Positions 1-9,603 of a stretch of 64,000 nucleotides of DNA are shown piece after piece. Both the position numbers and the translations under genes were made by a program. Each line of letters begins with the position of its first letter. Within the stretch, counting starts at the first letter, position 1. This stretch comes from Candidatus Limnocylindria bacterium (lineage in GTDB: Bacteria; Patescibacteriota; Saccharimonadia; Saccharimonadales; JAGQNK01). The notes under the pieces were generated by a model. The model did not search any database and was not told the origin of the DNA. It saw only the letters and a program-made list of their open reading frames with translations. The stretch spans positions 1,581 through 65,580 of the forward strand of contig DATHJH010000042.1 of the NCBI GenBank assembly GCA_035489815.1, written 5' to 3'.

Positions 1-92
1 TGCAGAACAACAGGTGATTGGCCTTGGGCCTGCCGGTCCGCCAAGTAGGTAGACTTACCAACACCATCCGGGCCAAACAATATTTCGAGCAT
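1..92 (-). CDS. P-loop NTPase, N-terminal fragment (gene runs off the window edge)
   Basis: Reverse complement of 1-92 reads MLEILFGPDGVGKSTYLADRQAQGQSPVVL. GPDGVGKST fits the Walker A pattern GxxxxGK[ST]. It is absent from the ORF track because the window edge truncates it. Confidence 0.4.
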   Translation of the reverse strand, partial: MLEILFGPDGVGKSTYLADRQAQGQSPVVL

Positions 93-230
93 AGTGCTAC
101 TATAGAACATTTTAAGATATGAAGCACAACCGGGGTTCATCATTTGCTCCTATAGATGGCGGGTCCAGAGATCGGTGCATCGCAATACAATCAGCGATGC
201 GAACGGCAGGATCCTGCTGGGCGGCTTTAT

Positions 231-1046
231 CTACCCCGCAAAAGCCATCTCCTCTGTTGGCTTGAAATCGTATGCACCCATGCCGTCGTAAAACCTTTTA
301 GCCGTTTCCTGCATATCCACCCCACCTACACCCCTGGGGCCATCCAACCTGGCAGCCATGCCACTCAGGACTTCCAGGCATGTTGCTGGATGGGTTATGG
401 TTGCTCTGCCATATGAAAAATGGGGCATCTTATTTATGCCCGCCATCGCTAACAATAAACCTCCGCCCGTGAGTTCTACCAGGGTTGGCAAACCGTCGGC
501 GTCCAGCTTCATGACGAGTCGGCTGGTGTCAAGGCTAAGATTCATTTCACCAGCTACCCCATCTTGGTTTTGCCAGATATCTACCTGCGTGGTTGCACCC
601 CACAGCTCTTCTGAAACTCCTTTTGCAGATACGGCTAATTCCTGGGCGTCCGGGGTGATCCTAGCGTATGTTGCCAACCGTTGGTGATAGCGGGGGTCAC
701 TTTCTTCCACCCTGGCCGGCTGTATAGTGGTTTGGGTGCCAGCCGGGAGTTTTCGGACGCTGCTTAGTTCGCGGTCCTTGCTAAGAGGAAGCGGCTGACC
801 GGGCAAGATGCAATCTTCTATGTCTTTTCCTTGAACTGGATCAAACCTGCGGCCAGGATCGGCGTCGGGCGGTACTTCATAGCTTCTAAAATCACGTACT
901 TCCGTAGCCAAGTACTCTTCACGGAATTCTCGTCCCTCAAGATATAATTCGCGGCCGCCAGGGCCTGCCCATTGGCTTCCCTTAATCATACTTGGTCTTG
1001 AAAACTCACCCCACGTCACGAGTGTTGGTGCTATTTCTGGACTCAT
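231..1046 (-). CDS. hypothetical protein (271 aa)
   Basis: Longest ORF in this region. The plus-strand ORFs 156-416 and 358-687 are shorter shadows. No motif recognised by eye. Confidence 0.5.
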   Translation of the reverse strand: MSPEIAPTLVTWGEFSRPSMIKGSQWAGPGGRELYLEGREFREEYLATEVRDFRSYEVPPDADPGRRFDPVQGKDIEDCILPGQPLPLSKDRELSSVRKLPAGTQTTIQPARVEESDPRYHQRLATYARITPDAQELAVSAKGVSEELWGATTQVDIWQNQDGVAGEMNLSLDTSRLVMKLDADGLPTLVELTGGGLLLAMAGINKMPHFSYGRATITHPATCLEVLSGMAARLDGPRGVGGVDMQETAKRFYDGMGAYDFKPTEEMAFAG

Positions 1047-1199
1047 CTTCTTGCCTTGTTTACCTTTTTAGACCTTAGAGTATCATATTGGTCACACTTA
1101 GAACCAACTCCGAATCTTTTCCTCTTACTCCGACCAGTTATCGGATGATAAAAGTGCAGTATTTCGGTGCCTATACACATCGTGCTAGTATCACATATC

Positions 1200-1661
1200 A
1201 TGAGGAAATCCGAAGACCAGGCCCCTGAAGGGAATCTTTATAGCCAACTAGAAGCCATGCTACAGCCTGGCACCGACATACCTGGTGCTGTTCAAGAGCA
1301 CGACAGACCTATGTCTGCCGCAAACGCCAAGATAGATACGCTGCGTTTTACCCTGGAGGGGTTAACTGTTAGCATACGGCGATATGTCGATCGGGTAGTG
1401 GGCGGCGTACCCGACAACGATATGAAGGTCATGATTATGGCAGCGAGTCCAGGTACAAACTTACCCCTAGGCTACGCGGATGGCTTTGAGGAAGATGCTG
1501 TCGGGGGAGCCTTTGCCGTAAAGCCCGATGGAGAATTTTCTAATAGCCTTTCGCTTAGCTGGTCCTGCCGCGAGCATGGCCCGCTTACCCACGCGTCACA
1601 GGACATGCTTATTCAACTGGCTCTCGGCAATACCGTGCCCCCGAATCCAGCTCCGCGCTAA
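1200..1661 (+). CDS. hypothetical protein (about 153 aa)
   Basis: The ORF track gives 1167-1661 with a GTG start; the first ATG is at 1200 (MRKSEDQ...). No motif recognised. Confidence 0.35.
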   Translation: MRKSEDQAPEGNLYSQLEAMLQPGTDIPGAVQEHDRPMSAANAKIDTLRFTLEGLTVSIRRYVDRVVGGVPDNDMKVMIMAASPGTNLPLGYADGFEEDAVGGAFAVKPDGEFSNSLSLSWSCREHGPLTHASQDMLIQLALGNTVPPNPAPR

Positions 1662-2345
1662 GGCTAACTGCCAATTTATTCGCTGGGGTTATAGGTCCGT
1701 GCCAAACACCAACTCCTCCGGCAAATCAATTCTTTGCTTTTTCATGGCGGCATAGATCCCGGAAGCCGTTAGCCGAAGATCCAACCTTTTGCCACCTTCG
1801 TGACCCAACACGTTTGCCAATTCCCCTGAAATCTCCTGACGCTGCTCCGTGGCAGTAAGCGCAGCCCCGCCGGAAGCATATGGATCGATGTCAAGATCTA
1901 CGCCCAGGACATTCAGCAACCGATCACCCTCTGCACTCAGCCAAGTTACGTACCCCTTCGTCTAACACAATCCTCACTGCATTCTCCCCAGACCACAGCA
2001 AGACTCTGGCTCCGGGAGGGCGATCACCAGTTCCTTGGATCGTGACCGACAGATTCGTGTCCGGTCTCGCACCCATAGGGCCAGATGCATGCATAAATAG
2101 CTCTTTTGCCAGGGGCTATAAACATATTGGGCACTTCTGGGTCTTTCGACACTTTTCTAATAGAGGTTATCGTTTTCCCTCCCAGATTTTGGATACCATG
2201 CACCTCCCGGCCATCACCCATAAAGACAAAAAAATTTGTACTCTAAAAGTGTCCGGCCGGACACTTTTAGAGTACAGCGAAAGGTATCAAACTTGAAAAG
2301 TGACGCACAGTGGGCTGTAATGAGGATGTAAAAAGGAGGCCATGG

Positions 2346-2672
2346 ATGCTACTCACCACCACACACACTGTTCAGGACACAAAAGTCAGGGAATATGTTG
2401 GGATTGTCTCTGGCCAAGCAATATTGGGCGCAAATATTTTGAAGGACCTTTTGGCCGGTATACGGGATGTAGTTGGCGGACGCTCAACTGCCTACGAGAA
2501 GGAGCTCACCAAAGCCCGGGAAATTGCCCTCAAAGAGCTTGAGGAGCAGGCTAAAAAACTGAATGCAAATGGCGTGATTGGAATAGAGCTGGATTACCAA
2601 ACCCTTGGCCAAGGCAGCATGCTGATGGTTACAGCCAGCGGGACAGCAGTAAGGTTCGCGACTAAGAGCTAA
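2346..2672 (+). CDS. YbjQ/UPF0145-family protein (DUF74, heavy-metal-binding-like)
   Basis: Lies within ORF 2310-2672. AAGGAGG at 2333-2339 sits 6 nt before ATG 2346. [41 protein letters not shown]...[11 protein letters not shown] matches the YbjQ-type pattern as I know it. Confidence 0.8.
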   Translation: MLLTTTHTVQDTKVREYVGIVSGQAILGANILKDLLAGIRDVVGGRSTAYEKELTKAREIALKELEEQAKKLNANGVIGIELDYQTLGQGSMLMVTASGTAVRFATKS

Positions 2673-2763
2673 TCCAATTCTCCCTGTTATAAGCAAAACT
2701 GAAGCAGCTGCCTTGATTTTGGTAGACCTTCAGTTTTGGCCGACAGGGAGGATTGGGTTAGCT

Positions 2764-2933
2764 CTAAGAACCCATTCCGAATCTCGCTTCTGATACCAAA
2801 AGTGATCCATTTCGAGCGACAATTTGTTTTGATTTCACTGGCGTAGCCATAGTTACGGCCGTGAAATTAGGGCGAATTGACGCCGGAATGGGCGGTTTTG
2901 GGACAGAATTGGAGATTTGGAATGGGTTCTAAG
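2764..2933. mobile_element. MITE-like element with 22-nt terminal inverted repeats
   Basis: ctaagaacccattccgaatctc (2764-2785) pairs with gagatttggaatgggttctaag (2912-2933) at 20 of 22 positions, one of them a G.U pair. The 126-nt interior has no ORF and contains a further hairpin (ttcactggcg...cggccgtgaa). Confidence 0.35.
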
Positions 2934-2962
2934 GCCTAAGCTCCCATCCTGACGGACATGGG

Positions 2963-3122
2963 CTGACCCACGTGCACTTTGTCATCCTGGGCCATGTGCT
3001 CAGCTTGACTGGGTATTGATTCAGAATCCAGTGGCAAAAATTGACTCCTTAAATGGACTGGATGCCGCATCTAGTGCGGCATGACAGGAACGGGGGTGAA
3101 TTTTAAAGTGCATGTGGGTCAG
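2963..3122. repeat. Inverted-repeat element, copy A of a 3-copy family (arm core TGACCCAC-N3-CACTTT)
   Basis: ctgacccacgtgcacttt (2963-2980) is the reverse complement of aaagtgcatgtgggtcag (3105-3122) with one G.U position. An inner gtcat/atgac pair lies at 2981-85 and 3081-85. The element is flanked by the 13-nt direct repeat cggacRtgggctg (2953-65 and 3123-35). Confidence 0.55.
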
Positions 3123-3164
3123 CGGACGTGGGCTGGCGAGTGCTAAACCTGTTACAATAACCTT

Positions 3165-3521
3165 ATGATTATCGAGCTGCTGCGCTGGTGGTATGGCCCA
3201 GGGTGGATTCTGGCGTTCAAGCGGATAAACACCCGCACGGCGAACGTCGCCCACGCCTTTTCAGCAGGTACTTTGCTCAAAACACTTTTTGCCCCGTGGA
3301 AACGCATCCAGTACACCGGCAAATCTTTTGACGCCAAGATGCATGCCATGATGGACAACCTTGTGTCCCGCACCGTTGGCTTTGTTGTCCGCCTGTTTGT
3401 GCTGATTGCGGCGCTGGTGATGATTGCCGGCAGCGTACTGCTTAGTACCGCCATTGTTGTAGCCTGGCCACTGGTGCCGCTGTTGATTATATTCAGCCTT
3501 TTCAGGGGAATTGCCGGATGA
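3165..3521 (+). CDS. small membrane protein (118 aa)
   Basis: The ORF has two long hydrophobic segments (VGFVVRLFVLIAALVMIAGSVLL, IVVAWPLVPLLIIFSLF). TACAAT at 3153-3158 lies 6 nt upstream of the ATG. The gene is directly followed by the Clp-like ATPase gene. Confidence 0.6.
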   Translation: MIIELLRWWYGPGWILAFKRINTRTANVAHAFSAGTLLKTLFAPWKRIQYTGKSFDAKMHAMMDNLVSRTVGFVVRLFVLIAALVMIAGSVLLSTAIVVAWPLVPLLIIFSLFRGIAG

Positions 3522-6060
3522 ATCCCGTTACAACCCAAAAGACCTACAAACTGTATCTATACATACGAACCATGCAGGCGTGTTCAACCGTTATTCAATG
3601 GCTGGAAGGGAAGTGGGTTGTAACGGGATGAACGGCACGTCCTTAAACCTTGGCAGCGTACGGGCTAAAAAGGCCCGGTTGGCTCTGCGCCTTAAAAAGG
3701 CCGGATACCTGGCGTATGCATCCGTTGGAGTCTTAGGCGGCCTGACTGCTCTGTATCTGTTGCTCCTGGAAAAGAACAAGCTTGGGTATCTGACGCTGGC
3801 CGCAGCGCTGTATGCACTCATGTGGGTGGTGTGGTTCAAGACTGAACTGGTCAAATTACCGCCAAAGAACCCCGGCAACAGCGTAGACGACCTGTTGGAC
3901 GCTGACTTTCTGGCCAAGCTCAAAAACCCGGTGACACCGCGCAGTGCCTGGGGTGGCCTGACTGGCCACTGGCAAGAGATATTCATCACCAACCGCTTGC
4001 AGCTGGATCCAAAGCTGGTTGAAACAGTGCTAAGTGACCGTGAAGCAGACATGGACCAGGTCTGGCAGCTGGCCCGCAAATTGCAATCTGCCCATGACCC
4101 CAATTCGCTCAGTGCCGGGACCGTTACGACCGCCCTGATTCTGTCGTCACCCGAGCTCACTGAGTTCCTTACCACACAAAACATCCGGCCGGAGGATACC
4201 CTCCAGGTCTTTGATTGGCTCAGCCGCGTGTTGGCCTACCAACAGCTGCCCAAACCGTATTTTGGCGGGATTGGTCGGGATTGGGCCTTTGGCTTTACGC
4301 CCAACCTGGAACGCTTCAGCACTAATATAAGCGCGCAAGTACAGGGCGGCGCTGGCCATGCCCACTTTATGTCGCGCAGCAGCTCCATAGACGCCATGAT
4401 CAACAGCCTCAACCAGGCGAGCGGAGGCATAGCTATAGTTGGTAACACCGGTATAGGCAAAACCTCTGCAGTCTATGCCCTGGCTGAACGGCTGCTGCAG
4501 GATAAATCCGTTGGCAGCATTCAAGACCACCAGGTCGTAGCGCTGAATGCGTCAGTTATATTGTCCGCTGCCAAGCAGGATCTGGAACGGACTATGCTGA
4601 TGCTGTTTGGCGAGGCTATGCAGGCCGGCAATATGATTGTCTTTTTGGACGAGGCCCAGCTGTTTTTCCAGCAAGGCGTCGGATCCTTTGATCTGTCGCA
4701 AATCCTGTTGCCGGTGCTGCAGAACCGCCGGCTGAAGCTGATCTGCGCCTTTAATACGACCGACTTCCAGCGGCTCAAAGTTTCTAATCCCGCATTAGCA
4801 GCAGCACTCACACCCGTCGTCCTGCCAGAGCCACCCCAGGCAGAAGTCCTTAAAATCGTAGAAGACAGCGCCCTAGGGATAGAACACCGCACCAGGACAG
4901 TCATCACCTACGAGGCCGTCCGCGAAGCCTACCGGTTAAGCGGACAGTATGTGCAGAATATGGCTTATCCAGGCAAGGCCATCAGCCTGTTAGAGCAAGC
5001 CACCTCCTACGCCGACAATACGGTCCTCACCGCCGTGAGCGTGCAACGTACTGTCGAAAGCACGCTGGGCGTAAAAGTCGGCGGCGTCCAGGGCGAGGAA
5101 GCCGATACACTCCTGCACCTGGAGGACCGTATACATGAACGCATGATCAACCAAACTAGGGCAGTTACCGTTGTGGCAAGTGCCCTCAGGCGGGCCAGGG
5201 CAGGGGTGGGCAACACTAAACGGCCGATCGGTAGCTTTCTGTTTCTCGGGCCTACCGGCGTGGGAAAAACAGAGCTAGCCAAGTCCCTGGCCGCAACCTA
5301 CTTTGGCGATGAAAAGAACATGATCCGCCTGGACATGAGCGAGTACCAGCAGCCAGGCGATGTCAGCCGCATGCTGTCGGACGGCAGCCAATCGGAAAGC
5401 CTGTTGTTGGCCATCCGCAAACAACCTTTCTCTGTGGTACTGTTGGACGAGATTGAAAAGGCGCACAGTAGCGTGCTTAACCTGCTGCTACAGCTGCTGG
5501 ACGAAGGGCAATTAACTGACATCAACGGCCAACCAGCCAGTTTCCGCAACGCGATTATCATTGTGACCTCCAATGCCGGAGCCAATGACATCATTGAACG
5601 CATTACCAAAAACCAGCCGCTGGAGGAGTTTGAACGGCCGCTTATCGACAAACTCATAGCCAGCGGCGTCTTTCGTCCGGAACTGGTCAACCGTTTTGAT
5701 GAAGTCGTACTGTTCAGGCCGCTCAATCAGCAAGAATTAGGACAGGTAGCGCTGCTGATGCTGGCAGAGGTTAACCGTAACCTGGCTAACCAAAACGTCA
5801 GTGTACAACTGACCCAGGCCGCGCTGGATAGTCTGGTCCGGCAGGGCTATGACCCGCAGTTTGGCTCCCGCCCCATGCGCCGTGTCATTCAGCGCACCGT
5901 AGAAGACGCCGTGGCCCAAAAAATCCTCAGCGGCCAGGCCGGCCCCGGAACAAAAATTCTGCTGGATTTACCAGACCTGCAAGATCAGCCGGCTCCCACC
6001 CCGCCTCCGCAGCAACAACCACCAATTTCATTCCCACCGTCGACACCACCTAAAACATAG
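3511..6060 (+). CDS. double AAA+ Clp/Hsp100-family ATPase with N-terminal transmembrane segments and a Pro-rich tail
   Basis: Two Walker A motifs (GNTGIGKTS, GPTGVGKTE) and Walker B-like IVFLDEAQ and VVLLDEIEKAH. RPELVNRFDEVVLFRPL is typical of the ClpA/B/C D2 module. The start is uncertain: TTG 3511, ATG 3598 or ATG 3628. Confidence 0.85.
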   Translation: MPDESRYNPKDLQTVSIHTNHAGVFNRYSMAGREVGCNGMNGTSLNLGSVRAKKARLALRLKKAGYLAYASVGVLGGLTALYLLLLEKNKLGYLTLAAALYALMWVVWFKTELVKLPPKNPGNSVDDLLDADFLAKLKNPVTPRSAWGGLTGHWQEIFITNRLQLDPKLVETVLSDREADMDQVWQLARKLQSAHDPNSLSAGTVTTALILSSPELTEFLTTQNIRPEDTLQVFDWLSRVLAYQQLPKPYFGGIGRDWAFGFTPNLERFSTNISAQVQGGAGHAHFMSRSSSIDAMINSLNQASGGIAIVGNTGIGKTSAVYALAERLLQDKSVGSIQDHQVVALNASVILSAAKQDLERTMLMLFGEAMQAGNMIVFLDEAQLFFQQGVGSFDLSQILLPVLQNRRLKLICAFNTTDFQRLKVSNPALAAALTPVVLPEPPQAEVLKIVEDSALGIEHRTRTVITYEAVREAYRLSGQYVQNMAYPGKAISLLEQATSYADNTVLTAVSVQRTVESTLGVKVGGVQGEEADTLLHLEDRIHERMINQTRAVTVVASALRRARAGVGNTKRPIGSFLFLGPTGVGKTELAKSLAATYFGDEKNMIRLDMSEYQQPGDVSRMLSDGSQSESLLLAIRKQPFSVVLLDEIEKAHSSVLNLLLQLLDEGQLTDINGQPASFRNAIIIVTSNAGANDIIERITKNQPLEEFERPLIDKLIASGVFRPELVNRFDEVVLFRPLNQQELGQVALLMLAEVNRNLANQNVSVQLTQAALDSLVRQGYDPQFGSRPMRRVIQRTVEDAVAQKILSGQAGPGTKILLDLPDLQDQPAPTPPPQQQPPISFPPSTPPKT

Positions 6061-6143
6061 GGATTGGTATTTGTTTAAAAGCAATGAGCTGAATGTAAAA
6101 TTACTTACAAACAAACATCGCTTCATGATGCTAAACTCTGCGC

Positions 6144-7427
6144 ATGCCTTTAGTAGAGCGTTTGAGAGCTAATGATTTTTTGCGGCACAATGCCATCTAT
6201 TTTTCGGGCTCTTTACTGATTGGAGCCCTGAATTATCTGTACTATCCGGTGCTGGGCCGGTTAATGCAGCCTACGGCTTTTGGCGAGGTACAGACCCTTG
6301 TTTCCCTGTTCCTGCAAATTGGAATATTTCTGTCGGTGCTGGCACTGGTGTCAATCAACATTATTGCCAACATGAAGGATGAGGTTCAGCGCAACCGGAT
6401 TAACCTGGAGCTGGAAAAGCTGGCGCTTTTAATCAGCGGCGTGCTGCTGGCAGCTTCTGTTATTTTAGGCCCGTGGCTGCAGAGCTACTTCCAGTTTGGT
6501 TCGCCGCTGCCGTTCAGCCTGCTGGCGCTGGCCGTTGTAGTAACGGTACCATTTACTTTTCGTACCGCCTATCTGCGGGGTAAGAAGCAGTTTAGCCGCA
6601 ATTCTTTGGCCTTTATCGTAGGGGCGGGCAGTAAGCTTATTTTGTCAGTGGCATTGGTAGCAATTGGGCTGAGCACGGCTGGCGCGCTTTTTGGGATAGT
6701 ACTTGCTCAACTGCTTGCCTTTACTTATGCGGCGCGCTATGCCCGGCGCTATGGTTTCACCGAATCCCTGCGCGGCCGGCTGTGGCGCATGCCGGATATG
6801 CGGCTGATTCGGCCAGAGCTTAAATACGCACTGTTAGTGTTAGCCGGGTCGTTGGCCGTAACAGTGCTGTATAGCGTGGATATTGTGGTAGTTAAGCATT
6901 ATTTTGATGTTCAGACTGCCGGGCTGTATGCCGGCGTTGCGACCGTAGCCCGCATTTTGTTTTTTTTGACAGCGTCTATTGCCCAGGTGCTGATGCCGTC
7001 CATTCGCTTGCAGCAATCGGCGGCAGAGAATCGACGAATACTGATCAAGTCACTTGTACTTCTGCTGGCCATCGGCGGCAGCGTTCTGGCCGTTTTTTGT
7101 GCGGTGCCAAAAATGGTAGTTGGTATTTTAATGGGTGAGTCGTACCAAACCTACGCCCACTTACTGCCCCGGCTGAGCGTGGCGATCTTTATTATATCGG
7201 TGCTGAATCTCATCGTCACCTACTATATGGCCCTTCGGTATTACCCTGCAGGAATCGTTATGGTCGCGGGTACGGCCATCACTTATATCTGGATGCACTA
7301 TTCGCATCACTCACTCCAAGCTGTTGTTGATAGCCTGCTGTATGGCAGCCTAACTATTCTGGTCCTGCTCAGCCTGTGGCTGGCCTGGACCCGCCGTAAT
7401 GTTTTAAGAGTGGGAGTCCTCCAATGA
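6144..7427 (+). CDS. MOP/Wzx-type polysaccharide flippase-like membrane protein
   Basis: 427-aa polytopic protein with roughly 12 hydrophobic helices. It is the first gene of a glycosyltransferase cluster, and its stop overlaps the next start. Confidence 0.6.
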   Translation: MPLVERLRANDFLRHNAIYFSGSLLIGALNYLYYPVLGRLMQPTAFGEVQTLVSLFLQIGIFLSVLALVSINIIANMKDEVQRNRINLELEKLALLISGVLLAASVILGPWLQSYFQFGSPLPFSLLALAVVVTVPFTFRTAYLRGKKQFSRNSLAFIVGAGSKLILSVALVAIGLSTAGALFGIVLAQLLAFTYAARYARRYGFTESLRGRLWRMPDMRLIRPELKYALLVLAGSLAVTVLYSVDIVVVKHYFDVQTAGLYAGVATVARILFFLTASIAQVLMPSIRLQQSAAENRRILIKSLVLLLAIGGSVLAVFCAVPKMVVGILMGESYQTYAHLLPRLSVAIFIISVLNLIVTYYMALRYYPAGIVMVAGTAITYIWMHYSHHSLQAVVDSLLYGSLTILVLLSLWLAWTRRNVLRVGVLQ

Positions 7428-8464
7428 ATCAACAGTTAATTTCAATCATCGTGCCGGTATATAACGAGGCGGCCAATCTGCCGCTGCTTTACAAAGAACT
7501 GACCAAGCATACCAACCTGTTGCCGTATCGGTTTGAACTGATCTTTGTAGACGACGGAAGCAGCGACGATTCACCGCGCGTACTGGCCCGACTGGCTAAG
7601 GCCCATAAAAACGTGCGTTTAATTCAGCTGGCCCGCAACTTTGGCAAGGAGGCTGCTATGGCAGCCGGGCTGCATGCCTCCAGGGGCGATGCCGTCACCC
7701 TTATGGATGCCGACCTGCAAATGCCGCCCAGCATTTTGGGACAGTTCCTGGAAAAGTGGCGCGATGGCGCGGAGGTTGTAGTGGGCGTTTTTGCCTCGCG
7801 CAAGATGAGCCGGCTGCGCAGTTTTGGCGCACATTGCTTTTACCGGATTATGCAGACCATTGGCCATACCAAGATCACACCTCACGCCACCGACTACCGG
7901 CTATTGGACCGCAAGGTCGTAGACAAGTACAATCACCTGACCGAACGCAACCGCATTACCCGCGGGCTGATTGACTGGCTGGGGTTTCAGCGCGACTATG
8001 TCTACTTCGATCAGGCAGAACGCTTAAACGGCACACCCACCTACAGCTTTCGCAAGCTTATCGCACTGGCCATGAACAGTTTTACCGCCTACAGCCTGGT
8101 GCCGCTCAAGATGGCGGGATACTTAGGAATCCTCATTCTGACTATTACCATTCCGGCAAGTATTTTTATGTTCGCGGAACGATTCCTCCTGGGTGATCCG
8201 CTTCACTTGTACCCAACAGGCACAGCCTTTCTGGCGATGATGATCATTTTTTTGGTTGGCGTCGTGTTGGCCTGTCTGGGTCTGATGTCGCTGTACATTG
8301 CACACATCCATGCCGAGGTTATCAACCGGCCGCTTTACGTTGTACGGACTGAAAATGCAGATGAAGTGCAGTTAATTCCCCGGTCCCAGCAAGACACCTC
8401 TGAACCACTTTCTGAGCCGGAGCGACTTGGAAAGCTTGGCGAAGCGGTGGAGGGAATAGAGTAA
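7424..8464 (+). CDS. GT2 glycosyltransferase, polyprenol-phosphate sugar transferase type (DPM1/ArnC/GtrB-like)
   Basis: ISIIVPVYNEAANL, FVDDGSSDDS and the DxD-type DADLQMPP are present, together with two C-terminal TM helices typical of this subgroup. Confidence 0.8.
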   Translation: MNQQLISIIVPVYNEAANLPLLYKELTKHTNLLPYRFELIFVDDGSSDDSPRVLARLAKAHKNVRLIQLARNFGKEAAMAAGLHASRGDAVTLMDADLQMPPSILGQFLEKWRDGAEVVVGVFASRKMSRLRSFGAHCFYRIMQTIGHTKITPHATDYRLLDRKVVDKYNHLTERNRITRGLIDWLGFQRDYVYFDQAERLNGTPTYSFRKLIALAMNSFTAYSLVPLKMAGYLGILILTITIPASIFMFAERFLLGDPLHLYPTGTAFLAMMIIFLVGVVLACLGLMSLYIAHIHAEVINRPLYVVRTENADEVQLIPRSQQDTSEPLSEPERLGKLGEAVEGIE

Positions 8465-8475
8465 AACTGGATGAA

Positions 8476-9603
8476 ATGGGTTCAATGAAAATCCTGTGGC
8501 TCACCTGGAAAGACCAGTTTCATCCGGAGGCAGGCGGGGCAGAAGTGGTTTGCCGCGAACTCACCAAACGGCTGGTGGCTGACGGGCACCAGGTCACCAT
8601 GCTGACTTGCGGTTACGGCGATGCTCTTGCCCGGGAAGATGTCGAAGGTGTCACTACCGTCCGGATTGGCAACAACCGCTACCTGCACCCTCTTCAGGCT
8701 GCCCGGTACTTCTGGCGTCATTTGCGCGGCCAGTTTGACGTCATCATAGAGGAAGTCAATGCGGCGCCGTATTTTAGTGTCCTTATGGAATCGAAAGCCC
8801 AACGCTTTTTGTTCTACCACCAACTGGAGCGCAAAGTCTGGTTTTATGAAAGTAAAGCACCGCTTAGTTACCTGGGCCACTATGTACTGGAACCTGCCGC
8901 CAGCCGGCTGCTAAGCCTGGCACGTGTACCGGTTCTGACCGTGTCGGAGAGTACTCGCGCGGACCTGGCCCGCCATGGGTTTAACCCTGATCGCACACAT
9001 ATCATTTCCGAGGGGCTGGAGATTGAACCGCTGCCAGACATTGCGGGTATACAAAAATACACCAGGCCAACTGTCCTGTCCTTGGGCGCTATGCGGGCCA
9101 TGAAGCGCACCCTGCACCAAATCGAAGCTTTTGAACATGCTAAAAAAATATTGCCGGATCTACAGATGAAGATTGCCGGACTTTCTACCGGCCCGTACGG
9201 CCAGAAAGTACTGCGACGCATTGCTGCCAGCCCCTTTGCGGCTGATATTGCATACCTCGGCCGCGTCAGCCGGGCAGAAAAAAAGGAACTGATGCAACGC
9301 AGCCACCTCATCACCGTAACTTCCGTTAAAGAAGGGTGGGGGTTGATTGTGACCGAGGCTGCCAGCCAGGGTACGCCAGCTGTGGTCTATGACGTTGATG
9401 GGCTGCGCGACAGTGTTCGCCATAATCAGACAGGCCTGGTGACTATGGCCGCGCCCAAGGCGCTGGCCCAGGGCATCATTGAGCTCCTGGCCGACCCCAA
9501 ACACTACCAACGACTGCAGAAAGCCGCCTGGGATTGGAGTAAGTCCATCACCTTTGATCAAAGCTACAAAGACTTTATGCATGTCGTAGGAGCAACCATA
9601 TGA
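8476..9603 (+). CDS. GT4-type (GT-B fold) glycosyltransferase
   Basis: C-terminal EGWGLIVTEAASQGTPAVVYDVDGLRDSV resembles the E-x7-E region of retaining GT4 enzymes. The length (375 aa) fits. Confidence 0.75.
   Translation: MGSMKILWLTWKDQFHPEAGGAEVVCRELTKRLVADGHQVTMLTCGYGDALAREDVEGVTTVRIGNNRYLHPLQAARYFWRHLRGQFDVIIEEVNAAPYFSVLMESKAQRFLFYHQLERKVWFYESKAPLSYLGHYVLEPAASRLLSLARVPVLTVSESTRADLARHGFNPDRTHIISEGLEIEPLPDIAGIQKYTRPTVLSLGAMRAMKRTLHQIEAFEHAKKILPDLQMKIAGLSTGPYGQKVLRRIAASPFAADIAYLGRVSRAEKKELMQRSHLITVTSVKEGWGLIVTEAASQGTPAVVYDVDGLRDSVRHNQTGLVTMAAPKALAQGIIELLADPKHYQRLQKAAWDWSKSITFDQSYKDFMHVVGATI

Noticed and set aside
1689-2296. Three mutually overlapping short ORFs (1689-1919 minus, 2024-2221 minus, 1880-2296 plus)
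   Set aside because: None has an SD, a recognisable motif or clear dominance over the others. The two minus-strand ORFs are in different frames and might be a broken gene, but I cannot support that without homology. They are left uncalled.
3138-3146. GAGTGCTAA, a perfect half-site of the CIRCE (HrcA) operator, upstream of the Clp-like operon
   Set aside because: The required partner TTAGCACTC is not present 9 nt upstream, and no CIRCE lies in front of hsp20 either. A single half-site is not evidence for HrcA control.
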